A DNA stretch of 24,010 nucleotides from Fidelibacterota bacterium (GTDB lineage: Bacteria; Fidelibacterota; Marinisomatia; Marinisomatales; TCS55), in the NCBI GenBank assembly GCA_046861385.1, contig JBHHTW010000032.1, positions 1 through 24,010 on the forward strand, written 5' to 3'. This document shows, piece by piece, positions 1-9,062 of this stretch. The first letter of the stretch is position 1, and every line of letters starts with the position of its first letter. The position numbers and the translations under genes are program-made. The notes under the pieces are model-generated. The model saw only the letters and a list, made by a program, of their open reading frames with translations. It ran no database searches and was not told the origin of the DNA.

Positions 1-1
1 A

Positions 2-37
2 AAAAACCCCGGCATTTTTCTAAGAGCCGGGGTTTTT
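2..37 (-). terminator. Intrinsic terminator (probably bidirectional) downstream of the 6S RNA
   Basis: Perfect 12-bp inverted repeat AAAAACCCCGGC (2-13) / GCCGGGGTTTTT (26-37) with a 12-nt loop; a U-tract follows the GC stem on either strand. Confidence 0.88.
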
Positions 38-40
38 AAA

Positions 41-222
41 TATCCCGCATCGACGGTTTTCAGGATCATGTGAACATGAGTGGTGGCCTCCCATCAACAG
101 CAAACTTCCTTCATCCCAACACATATCAGGAAAGGCCTGTTTTTTGTCGACAGAGTTAGCCTCCAAGGGTAATTATTGAAGATCCTGAATAACTCTTCTC
201 AAAGCGGGAATTGTAAAAAAGC
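41..222 (-). ncRNA. ssrS: 6S RNA (ends approximate)
   Basis: About 170-180 nt non-coding rod. Closing stems TCCCGC (43-48)/GCGGGA (204-209) and TCAGGATC (60-67)/GATCCTGA (181-188). Minus strand carries 6S-like segments (CCCTTGGAGGCTAACTC, GGGAGGCCACC, CCGTCGATGCGGGA). Promoter upstream and terminator downstream on the minus strand. Confidence 0.8.
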
Positions 223-229
223 TACTTCA

Positions 230-258
230 AATTTATACGTATCACCCTTTTGGGTCAA
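230..258 (-). promoter_or_regulatory. Sigma70-type promoter for the 6S RNA
   Basis: Minus strand TTGACC (258-253), 17-nt spacer, TAAATT (235-230). Confidence 0.7.
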
Positions 259-261
259 GTA

Positions 262-1554
262 TTAATCAACTTCTTTTTTTGGCGGACCCAGTTGATTTTC
301 TGTTGAAGCAATAAATACAGCTACACTGGCATCGCCCGTCACGTTGACGGTTGTTCTCATCATATCCAAAATTCGATCCACCCCCAGAATCAGCGCTATC
401 CCTTGGCTGGGGACACCAATGGCCTCCAGAATAATAACCAGCATAATAATTCCGGCTCCTGGAACAGCCGCTGTGCCGATTGAAGCGAGAACAGCGGTCA
501 AGACAATTGTAAGCTGGGCGCTTAAGTTTAAGTCCATTCCTAATGTTTGGGCAATAAATACTGCTGCAACTGCTTGGTATAATGCTGTGCCATCCATATT
601 GATAGTTGCACCGAGAGGCAGCACGAAGGATGAAACTTCTTCTGAAACGCCCAGTTCATCTTCGCATCGTTCCATAGTGACCGGTAATGTTGCGCCGCTG
701 GAACTTGTGGAAAAAGCTAGCAATTGGGCAGGGGCAATCCCTTTGAAAAATACCTTTAACGGCAAATTAGTAAAAATTTTCAGAATACTTGTATAAGTGA
801 TAAACATCTGTAATATAAGTCCCAAAATAACGGCAAACATATAGAATCCCAAGGAACTCAATAATTCTAATACGCTTGCAAGACTGTCCCCTGCTACTTT
901 ATTGATGGTATCAGCAATAAGAGCGAACACGCCTATTGGCGCCATAAGCATAATAATATCTACCAATTTGATAATCACCTCGTTTAAGCCTTCGAAAAAT
1001 TGGAGGACAGGTTTTGCTTTATTATCTGGAATTTGAATGAGACCTATTCCGAAGAAAATGGCAAAAAATACAACCTGAAGCATATTCCGGTTGTTTGAGG
1101 TTGAACTAATAATATTATTGGGAACCATATCAACTATAGGCTGGAGCGGGCCTCGCTCTTTAACAGTCTCAGCTGCGCCAGCTTTAGTATCAGCCACAGA
1201 TTGATATGTTTTCTGAAGTTTAAGTTTCATTTCTTCAGGGACTGTATCTCCAGGTTGAAGAATGTTGACGATTACTAACCCAATTGTCACAGCGATGGAA
1301 GTGGTTAGTATATATATGGCGATCGTTTTTCCGCCGATTCTTGATAGTTTTTTCAAGTCAGACAGAGATGCAACACCTGTGATGAGTGATGACAGAACTA
1401 AAGGGACGGCGATTAATTTTAATAGATTGATAAAGACGATGCCAAATGGAGCAATCCAATCGGAAGTGAAATTCCCCCAACCCTGGGCTGTAGCCAAAAT
1501 TCCGTACAAAAGACCTAACACCAGGCCGATAATGATTTTCCAATGCAGTTTCAT
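262..1554 (-). CDS. Dicarboxylate/amino acid:cation symporter (DAACS/SDF family, GltP/GltT-like)
   Basis: 430-aa hydrophobic ORF with FSTSSSGATLP, LPLGATINMDGT, GTAAVPGAG and DRILDMMRTTVN motifs. Confidence 0.95.
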   Translation of the reverse strand: MKLHWKIIIGLVLGLLYGILATAQGWGNFTSDWIAPFGIVFINLLKLIAVPLVLSSLITGVASLSDLKKLSRIGGKTIAIYILTTSIAVTIGLVIVNILQPGDTVPEEMKLKLQKTYQSVADTKAGAAETVKERGPLQPIVDMVPNNIISSTSNNRNMLQVVFFAIFFGIGLIQIPDNKAKPVLQFFEGLNEVIIKLVDIIMLMAPIGVFALIADTINKVAGDSLASVLELLSSLGFYMFAVILGLILQMFITYTSILKIFTNLPLKVFFKGIAPAQLLAFSTSSSGATLPVTMERCEDELGVSEEVSSFVLPLGATINMDGTALYQAVAAVFIAQTLGMDLNLSAQLTIVLTAVLASIGTAAVPGAGIIMLVIILEAIGVPSQGIALILGVDRILDMMRTTVNVTGDASVAVFIASTENQLGPPKKEVD

Positions 1555-1759
1555 AAGGCCGGGAATTTAAGTGGAACTTATCAGTTCACAAATGATCATT
1601 TATTATTATTTAGGATTACATTAAAACCGAGAGATAAGATTAAATGTGTAATTTTTCTTCATTATTGAACACATAACAATGTTCTATGCGATTTTTCTCA
1701 CATAATTACTCCGGAATAGGTTAAGCGTATGATCTTCGACAATCTCACCATTTTTTTAT

Positions 1760-1897
1760 AGACCCCACTTTCCCGCCTGCGCCATTTGAAATACATTAAA
1801 AGGGGTGTCTGCCTGCCGTTGTCGACCTGTCCACCGAGAGTGAAATGCAGGTGGAAGTGAAGGCTTGTGGTTTTCCACACGACTAACCAGTGACAGA
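1760..1897. repeat. GC-richer structured intergenic element, possibly a degenerate REP-like palindrome cluster
   Basis: Inverted pairs AGACCCC (1760-1766)/GGGGTGTCT (1802-1810), TCCACC (1830-1835)/GGTGGA (1850-1855), TGTGG-TTTT-CCACA (1866-1879), and CACTTTCCCGCCTGC (1766-1780)/GCAGGTGGAAGTG (1847-1859). Confidence 0.4.
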
Positions 1898-1948
1898 TTA
1901 ATAAACATTTACTTTATTGCTATCCGTCATCAGTTTAATAACAAGTGA

Positions 1949-2134
1949 CTAATCTTTTGCTTTTCGTTTCGCTTCTTCGTATGATTTAAAATAAGAGTCG
2001 CCCATTTTAGAGAAAAATCCTGCACCGGGTTTTTCCTTGATTCGTTTAAAGAAAACCTTGGCAATTGTATCAAAAAGATCCTGTATACTCGCCAAGGTCG
2101 TACCCATTTGTTCTGATAGTGGTTTATTTTTCAA
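1949..2134 (-). CDS. Small hypothetical protein (61 aa from TTG; alternative ATG at 2107)
   Basis: Overlaps the stop of the upstream gene by 11 nt on the same strand; amphipathic, Lys-rich, protein-like composition; family not recognised. Confidence 0.55.
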   Translation of the reverse strand: MKNKPLSEQMGTTLASIQDLFDTIAKVFFKRIKEKPGAGFFSKMGDSYFKSYEEAKRKAKD

Positions 2135-4268
2135 GCTGCTTTAACGCAAGACCAATTTCATTAGTGGGTTGATTACAGGCGAAATTTTTACAAACGTAGG
2201 CAGTGGGTTTCTTTTCTAGCATTGTTTGTGTATCAGTCCAGGGGGCTATTTCCTCTAATTCGGTTTTATTAATGTTTTTAAAAATGATCACTCGTTCCGG
2301 ATTATATGAATTGCGGATAGACTGAAGAAACGTTTTGGTTTCAGCACCATCGTCTCCAACGATGACCACTTCTTTAGAATTTAATCCAAACATAAAACCG
2401 GATAGCATGTTCGTGTGACTTGAAGGATTTTGAACCAATTCATTTTCAAAAGTCCGCATTATTTTCTCTGCCATATCCAGCCAATCCATATTACCGGTAA
2501 TGCGAGCCAATCGGTTCAAAACACCCACGGCGACGGAATTCCCGGATGGAATGGCTCCATCATACGAAGTCATTGAACGAACAATCAGTTTTTCTGTATG
2601 ATCAGCACCCAGATAAAAACCACCAGCCTCTCTATTCCAAAAATCATTTATCATCATTTCAGTCAATTCAATCGCTGCCTTCAGATTCGCTATATTAAAC
2701 CCTGCTTCATATAATTCAAGTAAGCCCCAGATCATAAATGCATAGTCATCGAGGTGGGCATCCAGGGAAGAAATTCCATTGCGATAACGTTTGAGTAAAC
2801 GACCCTTGTCAGTCCTTAAATTTGTCAAGATAAAATCTGCAGCTCTCTGTGCTGCTTCGGCATAAGAGGGCTCTTCAAGTGCAACGCTGCTTTTAGCCAG
2901 AGCGGCGATCATTAACCCATTCCAATCAGTAAGGATTTTATCATCCTTCAGCGGGTGAATACGTTGTTCTCGTACGCTAAACAGTTTTTCACGCCAATCT
3001 TCGATATTTAAAATCAGTTCATCTGATGTCATATTCAAACTATCAGCAAGAGGCTCAACTCTTTTTTTTAAGTGGAGGATATTACGGTTTGTCTGTTGTC
3101 TACTGACTTCATCATGAAAATTACCTCCGGGGTTTACATTGAAAATGGAGTTAAATGTTATTCCATCTTCCTGGCCAAGAATATCTATAATTTCCCTATC
3201 AGTCCAAAGATAAAATTTTCCCTCCATACCCTCGCTATCGGCATCCTCTGCTGAGTAAAATCCACCGGACGAACTGGTCATATCCCGCAAAACGTAAGCG
3301 AAAATATCCTCAGTGGCTTTAGAGTAAAATTCGTTTTGTGTTATTTGATATGCTTCAGAATATGCCATTGACAGCATGGCTTGATCGTAAAGCATTTTCT
3401 CAAAATGCGGGACCAACCATTTCCGGTCTGTTGAATATCGATGAAAGCCAAAGCCAATTTGATCAAAAATACCACCCATTCGCATATTTTCCAGTGTTTT
3501 CTCAACCATGAGCAGCGCCTGCTGGTTTTTTGTTTTATAATAATATCTTAGCAAAAATATCAAATTATGAGGGGATGGAAATTTAGGTGATCTCCCAAAA
3601 CCACCTGTTTCTTTATCAAAGCGCTCCAGAAACTCTTTGTAGGCCGTATCAAGTATTTCAGGGCTAACATTATCCCCTAATACTCTCGTATTTGAACGGA
3701 TAAGATATGATTTGACTTGATCAACAGATTTAACAATATCGCCACGCTTATTCTTCCAGGCCTCATGAATCATTGGGAGCAGTTGAAGCATCCCGGGGCG
3801 ATTCCCTCTGCGATCTTTTGGAAAATATGTTCCGGCGAAGAATGGCTCCTTATCCGGAGTCATAATAATGGTCAGCGGCCAACCTCCACTACCAGTCATT
3901 GCTTGACAGACAGACATATACACATGATCAATTTCAGGAAGTTCTTCCCGATCCACTTTAATGGAAACAAACCAGTCATTCATTAATTTCGCTACACTGT
4001 CATCTTCGAAAGATTCATGTTCCATGACATGGCACCAGTGACAGGTTGAATATCCAATGGAGAGAAAAATAGGCTTATCCTCTGCGCGCGCTTTGTCAAA
4101 TGCCTCGTCTCCCCAAGGATACCAATCGACTGGATTGTCAGCATGCTGAAGGAGATAAGGGCTTTGTTCGTTGGTTAAACGATTCATTTTTTTCTCGATT
4201 CTTTTAGTAGAGCACGCTCCAAAAATGAGCATACATAGAATGAAGCATAAAGTTTTGAAATTTTGCAT
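2124..4268 (-). CDS. Thioredoxin-domain protein of the YyaL/SPATA20 (DUF255 + six-hairpin glycosidase-like) family, predicted lipoprotein
   Basis: [66 protein letters not shown] at 4268 gives a signal peptide ending in IFGA-C; preferred to the ORF-track start at 4307. Confidence 0.93.
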   Translation of the reverse strand: MQNFKTLCFILCMLIFGACSTKRIEKKMNRLTNEQSPYLLQHADNPVDWYPWGDEAFDKARAEDKPIFLSIGYSTCHWCHVMEHESFEDDSVAKLMNDWFVSIKVDREELPEIDHVYMSVCQAMTGSGGWPLTIIMTPDKEPFFAGTYFPKDRRGNRPGMLQLLPMIHEAWKNKRGDIVKSVDQVKSYLIRSNTRVLGDNVSPEILDTAYKEFLERFDKETGGFGRSPKFPSPHNLIFLLRYYYKTKNQQALLMVEKTLENMRMGGIFDQIGFGFHRYSTDRKWLVPHFEKMLYDQAMLSMAYSEAYQITQNEFYSKATEDIFAYVLRDMTSSSGGFYSAEDADSEGMEGKFYLWTDREIIDILGQEDGITFNSIFNVNPGGNFHDEVSRQQTNRNILHLKKRVEPLADSLNMTSDELILNIEDWREKLFSVREQRIHPLKDDKILTDWNGLMIAALAKSSVALEEPSYAEAAQRAADFILTNLRTDKGRLLKRYRNGISSLDAHLDDYAFMIWGLLELYEAGFNIANLKAAIELTEMMINDFWNREAGGFYLGADHTEKLIVRSMTSYDGAIPSGNSVAVGVLNRLARITGNMDWLDMAEKIMRTFENELVQNPSSHTNMLSGFMFGLNSKEVVIVGDDGAETKTFLQSIRNSYNPERVIIFKNINKTELEEIAPWTDTQTMLEKKPTAYVCKNFACNQPTNEIGLALKQLEK

Positions 4269-4316
4269 GGCACTATTGGAATTTGCAAACTCTAAAATTA
4301 AGTTCACAGTAGGAAG

Positions 4317-6068
4317 ATGAACAAAACTCCGCTCAAATACGTTATTCTCATTACAGCGATTGTGGCATTAACCATTTATTTCCTGATGATGAATGGTAGT
4401 ACATTTCGATTTCACACTATTCGTGATGATTATTTAGATTGGTATTTCTCCAATAATCCCACCACAGCTACATGGATCGGTATTCATGATTATGATGATC
4501 AACTACCTCAGATGAATATAAAAGCAAGACGTGCCGAAACCTACCATATATTAAATGTACTGCGAGATCTTAACGAAATCGATGTTAGCAGACTAAGTGA
4601 TATCGATCGAATTGACCGTCATATCCTCATTGAAACGATTGAATCCAAGCTGTTTGACCTGGAGGAACTCAAGAGCTATTCATGGAATCCCTTATCATAT
4701 TTGTGGACATTGGGATATGCTTATGAAAGTTTATTGGAGTACAATTTTGCACCAGTAGAGGAAAGGGCGAATAATTTATCTCTTCGATTCCTGGGCACAT
4801 CTGAATATCTATCACATGCGCGTAAAAACTTAGTAGAATTTCCGAAACCGCATCTGGATACTGCTATAAAACAAGCAAAAGGACTGTCTGTGATGTTAGA
4901 CACGTCAGTACCGGAAATGGCAGCTTTATTAAAGGATGATTATCGAAAGACATTTGAAGAAAACGCAGAATTAGCTAAACAGGCTATTGTTGAATTTAGT
5001 GATTTCTTGGAAAGTCATCGAAATGATAACTCGTTCCGCAATTTCAGACTCGGTCCGAATTTATATGAAACGAAACTATTTCATACTTTAGAGGAAGGAA
5101 TATCAGCAAAAGAAGTTTATGTCAAGGCAGAAAGTCATTTACGGGTTGTCCAAGATGAAATGTTTTCTCTAGCTAAACCGTTGTACGCCGAATGGTTCGG
5201 AAAAGCACCACAAACGGACTCCCATGAAAATAAATTAATCATGACCAGAAAAGTGTTGGACCGCATAGGGGAAGATCATGCTCCGCGAGATCAAGTGGTT
5301 GCTGCGGCTCGTGAATCCATTGATGAACTGGTTCGGTTTATTAAGGAAAATGATTTACTTACACTTGATGATTCGAATCCATTGAAAGTCAGGGAAACAC
5401 CGGAATATCAGCGTGGTATCAGTGGAGCGTCATTACAATCACCAGGGCCATTAGAGAACAATTTACCCACGTTTTATAACGTTTCTCCAATTCCGGAAGA
5501 CTGGACTGACGAACAAGCAGAATCATTTCTAGAAGAATACAACACTATTTCCATGAAGATCCTATCCATACATGAAGCATTGCCGGGACATTATGTACAG
5601 CAATATTATGCAAATAGGCATCCGTCAATGGTGAGAGCAGTTTTTGGCAGCGGTGTAATGGTAGAGGGCTGGGCTCATTATGCTGAATCCATGATGGTGA
5701 ATGCCGGTCTTGGCGGTGGAGATCCAAGATACAGTTTGGTGGAAAAAAAATGGAAACTCCGGGGTATTGCCAATGCTATTATTGACCAAAAGATTCATGC
5801 CGGACGGATGACAAAAGAAGAGGCGTTGGATTTTATGATAAATGAAACATTCCAAGAAAAATCTGAAGCAGAAGGAAAGTGGCGCCGCGCTCAACTTACT
5901 TCTGGTCAACTTTCAACATATTTCACTGGTTATTTTTTAATTATTGATTTACTGGAGGATTATAAAAGGCAGGAAGGTGATCAATTCAGCTTGAAAAAAT
6001 TCCATGAAGAATTTCTTTCGTACGGTTCTATTCCCATTCATTTTATCAGAGAAATGATGATTCATTGA
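4317..6068 (+). CDS. DUF885 family protein (putative metallopeptidase-like), N-terminal membrane anchor
   Basis: [27 protein letters not shown] and GQLSTYFTG motifs; hydrophobic N-terminus. Confidence 0.9.
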   Translation: MNKTPLKYVILITAIVALTIYFLMMNGSTFRFHTIRDDYLDWYFSNNPTTATWIGIHDYDDQLPQMNIKARRAETYHILNVLRDLNEIDVSRLSDIDRIDRHILIETIESKLFDLEELKSYSWNPLSYLWTLGYAYESLLEYNFAPVEERANNLSLRFLGTSEYLSHARKNLVEFPKPHLDTAIKQAKGLSVMLDTSVPEMAALLKDDYRKTFEENAELAKQAIVEFSDFLESHRNDNSFRNFRLGPNLYETKLFHTLEEGISAKEVYVKAESHLRVVQDEMFSLAKPLYAEWFGKAPQTDSHENKLIMTRKVLDRIGEDHAPRDQVVAAARESIDELVRFIKENDLLTLDDSNPLKVRETPEYQRGISGASLQSPGPLENNLPTFYNVSPIPEDWTDEQAESFLEEYNTISMKILSIHEALPGHYVQQYYANRHPSMVRAVFGSGVMVEGWAHYAESMMVNAGLGGGDPRYSLVEKKWKLRGIANAIIDQKIHAGRMTKEEALDFMINETFQEKSEAEGKWRRAQLTSGQLSTYFTGYFLIIDLLEDYKRQEGDQFSLKKFHEEFLSYGSIPIHFIREMMIH

Positions 6069-6122
6069 TTAATTATGTAAAACGTAATTAATTAAAGAAA
6101 ACACGCCATGAATTACGTTTTA
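6068..6122. repeat. Overlapping AT-rich inverted repeats upstream of the SSS transporter
   Basis: Perfect 12-bp IR TAAAACGTAATT (6078-6089)/AATTACGTTTTA (6111-6122); alternative hairpin ATTAATTATGT-AAA-ACGTAATTAAT (6068-6092). Confidence 0.55.
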
Positions 6123-6147
6123 AATATTTACGATTTATAATGAAATA

Positions 6148-7584
6148 ATGACCTACCTTTTCATTATCCTTTTATATCTTCTCACACTTATCGGTGTAGG
6201 GATATACAAATCCAATAAGATCAAAACTCAAGCTGATTTTGCTGTTGCTGGCAGGTCGTTATCTCCCTGGATATTGGTTGGAACGATGCTGGCTACGTGG
6301 ATCGGAACTGGTTCTATTTTGGGAAACGCCGGCAAGACCTATGATACAGGAATGGCAGCACTTATTCTACCTCTCGGTGGAACATTAGGGATTTTGTTAC
6401 TGACACGCATTGCTGGGAGAGTCCGCAGTTATGATAAATTTACTGTCCCTGAAATAATAGGTGAACGTTATGGTTCTGTCGCTCGATTATTGAGTGTTAT
6501 CGCTCTGGTTATGGCTTATATGGTCATCGTCAGTTACCAGTATAATGCCGGCGGAGCTGTGCTGTCGGCTATTTTAACAGATGGAGCAGGAAAGTCCCTC
6601 ATTTCCGTTCATACTGCTACAATTATTGCAGCCATATTCATTATAGCCTATACCATGTTAGCGGGACTGGTCAGTGTGGCGTATACTGACGTGGGGAATG
6701 GAATAATCATGACGATATCCCTCTTTGTCGCATTCCCAGTTTTGTGGATCAAAGCAGGTGGATGGAGCGGAATGGAATTGGCTTTTGCCAATATGGGGAA
6801 AGACCAGCACATGGAGTTTTTTGGAGTGTATTCAGGGTTGGATATTATTAATTTCTGTTTACCTCCATTTTTACTGGTGCTTGGGGATGCCAATATGTAC
6901 CAGCGTTTTTTTGCCAGTAAAAATGCCAAAGGTGCCAAATCTGCAACAATCATTTTAGTATTCGCCGTACTCATTGTCGAATTACTGATTATTGCATCTG
7001 CTTGGGTAAGCGCATCTTTGATTCCGGATGCGGAAATTGGTAAACATGTATTAATCTACGCGGCTCACCGTCTTTTGCCCACGTTTCTTGGCGCTATTAT
7101 GATGACCACCATTGTTGGAATTATTATATCCACGGCTGACTCATTCTTGCTTGTACCAGCCACAACATTAATGAGGGATGTATATCTGAATTATATCAAC
7201 CCAGGAGCATCGGAAAAAAAGATTGTTCTTTTGAGTAGGTTACTTGTTTTAGGATTAGGTATACTGGCTTTTATTGTTTCAAAAAGTTTTGCCGAATCTG
7301 AAGGATTTTTTGAACGAGCGCTTTATGCTTATACTATTTATGGCGCCGCTATCACTCCGGCTCTTGTAGCGGCCTTATTTTGGAAAGGAGCAACAAAAGA
7401 AGGAGCTGTGGCATCTATCCTGTCAGGTACAATCGTAACTTTACTATGGAAAGAATTTCCAACTCTTTGGACTTGGCTTCCTCCAAGAATCTATGGATCA
7501 GTGGACGAAGTACTACCGGCCATTTTGTGTTCTGTAATCGCTCTAGTGGGAGTCAGTTTGCTTTATAATGATAAGAAACGATAA
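6148..7584 (+). CDS. Sodium:solute symporter (SSS family, PutP/PanF-like); substrate unknown
   Basis: DFAVAGRSL, ATWIGTGS, TVPEIIGERYG, GLVSVAYTD, YQRFFASK and ISTADS motifs; many TM segments. Confidence 0.94.
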   Translation: MTYLFIILLYLLTLIGVGIYKSNKIKTQADFAVAGRSLSPWILVGTMLATWIGTGSILGNAGKTYDTGMAALILPLGGTLGILLLTRIAGRVRSYDKFTVPEIIGERYGSVARLLSVIALVMAYMVIVSYQYNAGGAVLSAILTDGAGKSLISVHTATIIAAIFIIAYTMLAGLVSVAYTDVGNGIIMTISLFVAFPVLWIKAGGWSGMELAFANMGKDQHMEFFGVYSGLDIINFCLPPFLLVLGDANMYQRFFASKNAKGAKSATIILVFAVLIVELLIIASAWVSASLIPDAEIGKHVLIYAAHRLLPTFLGAIMMTTIVGIIISTADSFLLVPATTLMRDVYLNYINPGASEKKIVLLSRLLVLGLGILAFIVSKSFAESEGFFERALYAYTIYGAAITPALVAALFWKGATKEGAVASILSGTIVTLLWKEFPTLWTWLPPRIYGSVDEVLPAILCSVIALVGVSLLYNDKKR

Positions 7585-7585
7585 C

Positions 7586-7617
7586 TATGCATAGGATATA
7601 TGCATAATATATGCATA
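7586..7617 (+). promoter_or_regulatory. Putative autoregulatory operator of vapBC (three TATGCATA palindromes)
   Basis: TATGCATA at 7586-7593, 7599-7606 and 7610-7617, ending 10 nt before the antitoxin ATG. Confidence 0.7.
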
Positions 7618-7627
7618 ATTTGTTATT

Positions 7628-7879
7628 ATGAGAACAACACTAGATTTAAATAAATCCTTGATTGAAGGTGCCATGGAAGTCACTGGTTATAAAACAAAAA
7701 AAGCAGTGATAGAAGCAGGGTTAAAGGAATTAATATCCAATGTTCACATAGAATCCTTTGTGGATTCTTTCGGTTCCATACCTCATTTTCCCGGATCCAC
7801 TGAAACAGTAAGAAAATGGAGAGAACAGGAAGAATCAATAATTGAACCTGGTTCGGTAAATGAACCCTCTATTTCTTGA
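7628..7879 (+). CDS. vapB: Type II antitoxin, VapB family (RHH-type N-terminus)
   Basis: MRTTLDLNKSLIEGAM...TKKAVIEAGLKEL pattern; overlaps the PIN gene by 20 nt. Confidence 0.85.
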   Translation: MRTTLDLNKSLIEGAMEVTGYKTKKAVIEAGLKELISNVHIESFVDSFGSIPHFPGSTETVRKWREQEESIIEPGSVNEPSIS

Positions 7880-8261
7880 TACATCTTTTTTAATAGAATA
7901 TTTGAAAGGAAAATCCTTTTCCAACAAGGAAGGAATTATTACTTCCGTACGTCAGAAAATTGTCTATTATAACGGTATAGTACTTACTGAACTATTATCT
8001 GGTACTCGTATTTCAAAACACCAAAAACAAATAGAGAAAATGTTGTCTGGTTTAACCTATTTACCTATTAAATATGAAGATTATAAACAGGCCGGACTCA
8101 TTCGTAATTGTCTATTTAAAAAAGGATTCTCAATGAGTACTCCCGATGCCTTGATAGCAACACATGTTAAGAAGTATTCGATGAAATTAATTACCGGAGA
8201 TACATTGTTTATTAAAGCAGGAGATTTGCTTGGTATTGAAGTTGAAATTTCTATTGAATAA
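7860..8261 (+). CDS. vapC: PIN-domain toxin, VapC family
   Basis: FLDTSFLI, IVLTELLSG, PDALIA and LITGD acidic PIN motifs; 133 aa downstream of the antitoxin. Confidence 0.9.
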   Translation: MNPLFLDTSFLIEYLKGKSFSNKEGIITSVRQKIVYYNGIVLTELLSGTRISKHQKQIEKMLSGLTYLPIKYEDYKQAGLIRNCLFKKGFSMSTPDALIATHVKKYSMKLITGDTLFIKAGDLLGIEVEISIE

Positions 8262-8305
8262 TTTTTTTGTATTTAATGGGAACGAGTTTCGTTACGAAAA
8301 AATAA

Positions 8306-8923
8306 TTATATGGTCTTCGCCAGCGGTGGATTCTGTGTTTGGGTATAGTCTGGTTTGGGTCCGAGATCCCGACGGTAGTATTCAAAGGTTATTCCTGTAC
8401 CCTGCCAATTGTCAATTCTGTTAATTATTTTGATATCTCCTGTGAATTTTGAAGATACACCCAATTTTACGTGACCGGTAATGTATCGGATTCCATCCCG
8501 TTTCTTTGCCCAGCTTAAAAAAACACGCTTAAGAATTTTTGCATAACCGTTACCTTTATATTTGTCCAATATAACAAACGTATAAGAATACAATGTATTG
8601 TGTTCACCGAAATTTGTATCTAATCGAGCCCAGGGTTCCGAAGACAGCTCTTCAATCGCCACCCCGATAATATATCCGATGATTTCTCCCCGATAACGGG
8701 CGATAAATGGAAGGGATGTGGGTTTATTGAAATATTTATGAATCGTTGTCTTGGACAGAACAGCTTTTTCACCAAATTCTTCCAATAAATGTTCAGATAT
8801 TTTAATAAGTTGGGGATAATCATTTTCACCAACATGTTCCATAAGTTCTACCTGAAAAACACCGGAGGATGCAATTATCCTTGACTTGGAATGGTGCTGA
8901 ATATCTAATGTAAGCTGTTCCAT
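8306..8923 (-). CDS. GNAT-family N-acetyltransferase-like protein
   Basis: GEIIGYIIG strand and motif A-like FVILDKYKGNGYAKILK. Confidence 0.75.
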   Translation of the reverse strand: MEQLTLDIQHHSKSRIIASSGVFQVELMEHVGENDYPQLIKISEHLLEEFGEKAVLSKTTIHKYFNKPTSLPFIARYRGEIIGYIIGVAIEELSSEPWARLDTNFGEHNTLYSYTFVILDKYKGNGYAKILKRVFLSWAKKRDGIRYITGHVKLGVSSKFTGDIKIINRIDNWQGTGITFEYYRRDLGPKPDYTQTQNPPLAKTI

Positions 8924-9062
8924 AAGCCTGTGAATTTAATACGTGATTAAGAGTATGAAACAGCAGTGTTGAATATAATTGATAATAAATTATTGGCTAT
9001 TGATGATAATTGAAATGTTCTCTCTTCAAAGTATGGAAATAAAATAGGTAAATTCGCCGCCA

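Noticed and set aside
1698-1880. 60-aa minus-strand ORF, or a known riboswitch ahead of the symporter
   Set aside because: The ORF runs through palindromic DNA with no protein-like features. I could not match glycine, lysine, TPP, SAM, cobalamin or c-di-GMP consensus, and the symporter appears to have its own proximal promoter
8262-8305. Terminator between convergent vapC and GNAT
   Set aside because: Only short, weak AT-rich stems (AACGA-GTT-TCGTT; TTTCGT-T-ACGAAA); not enough support
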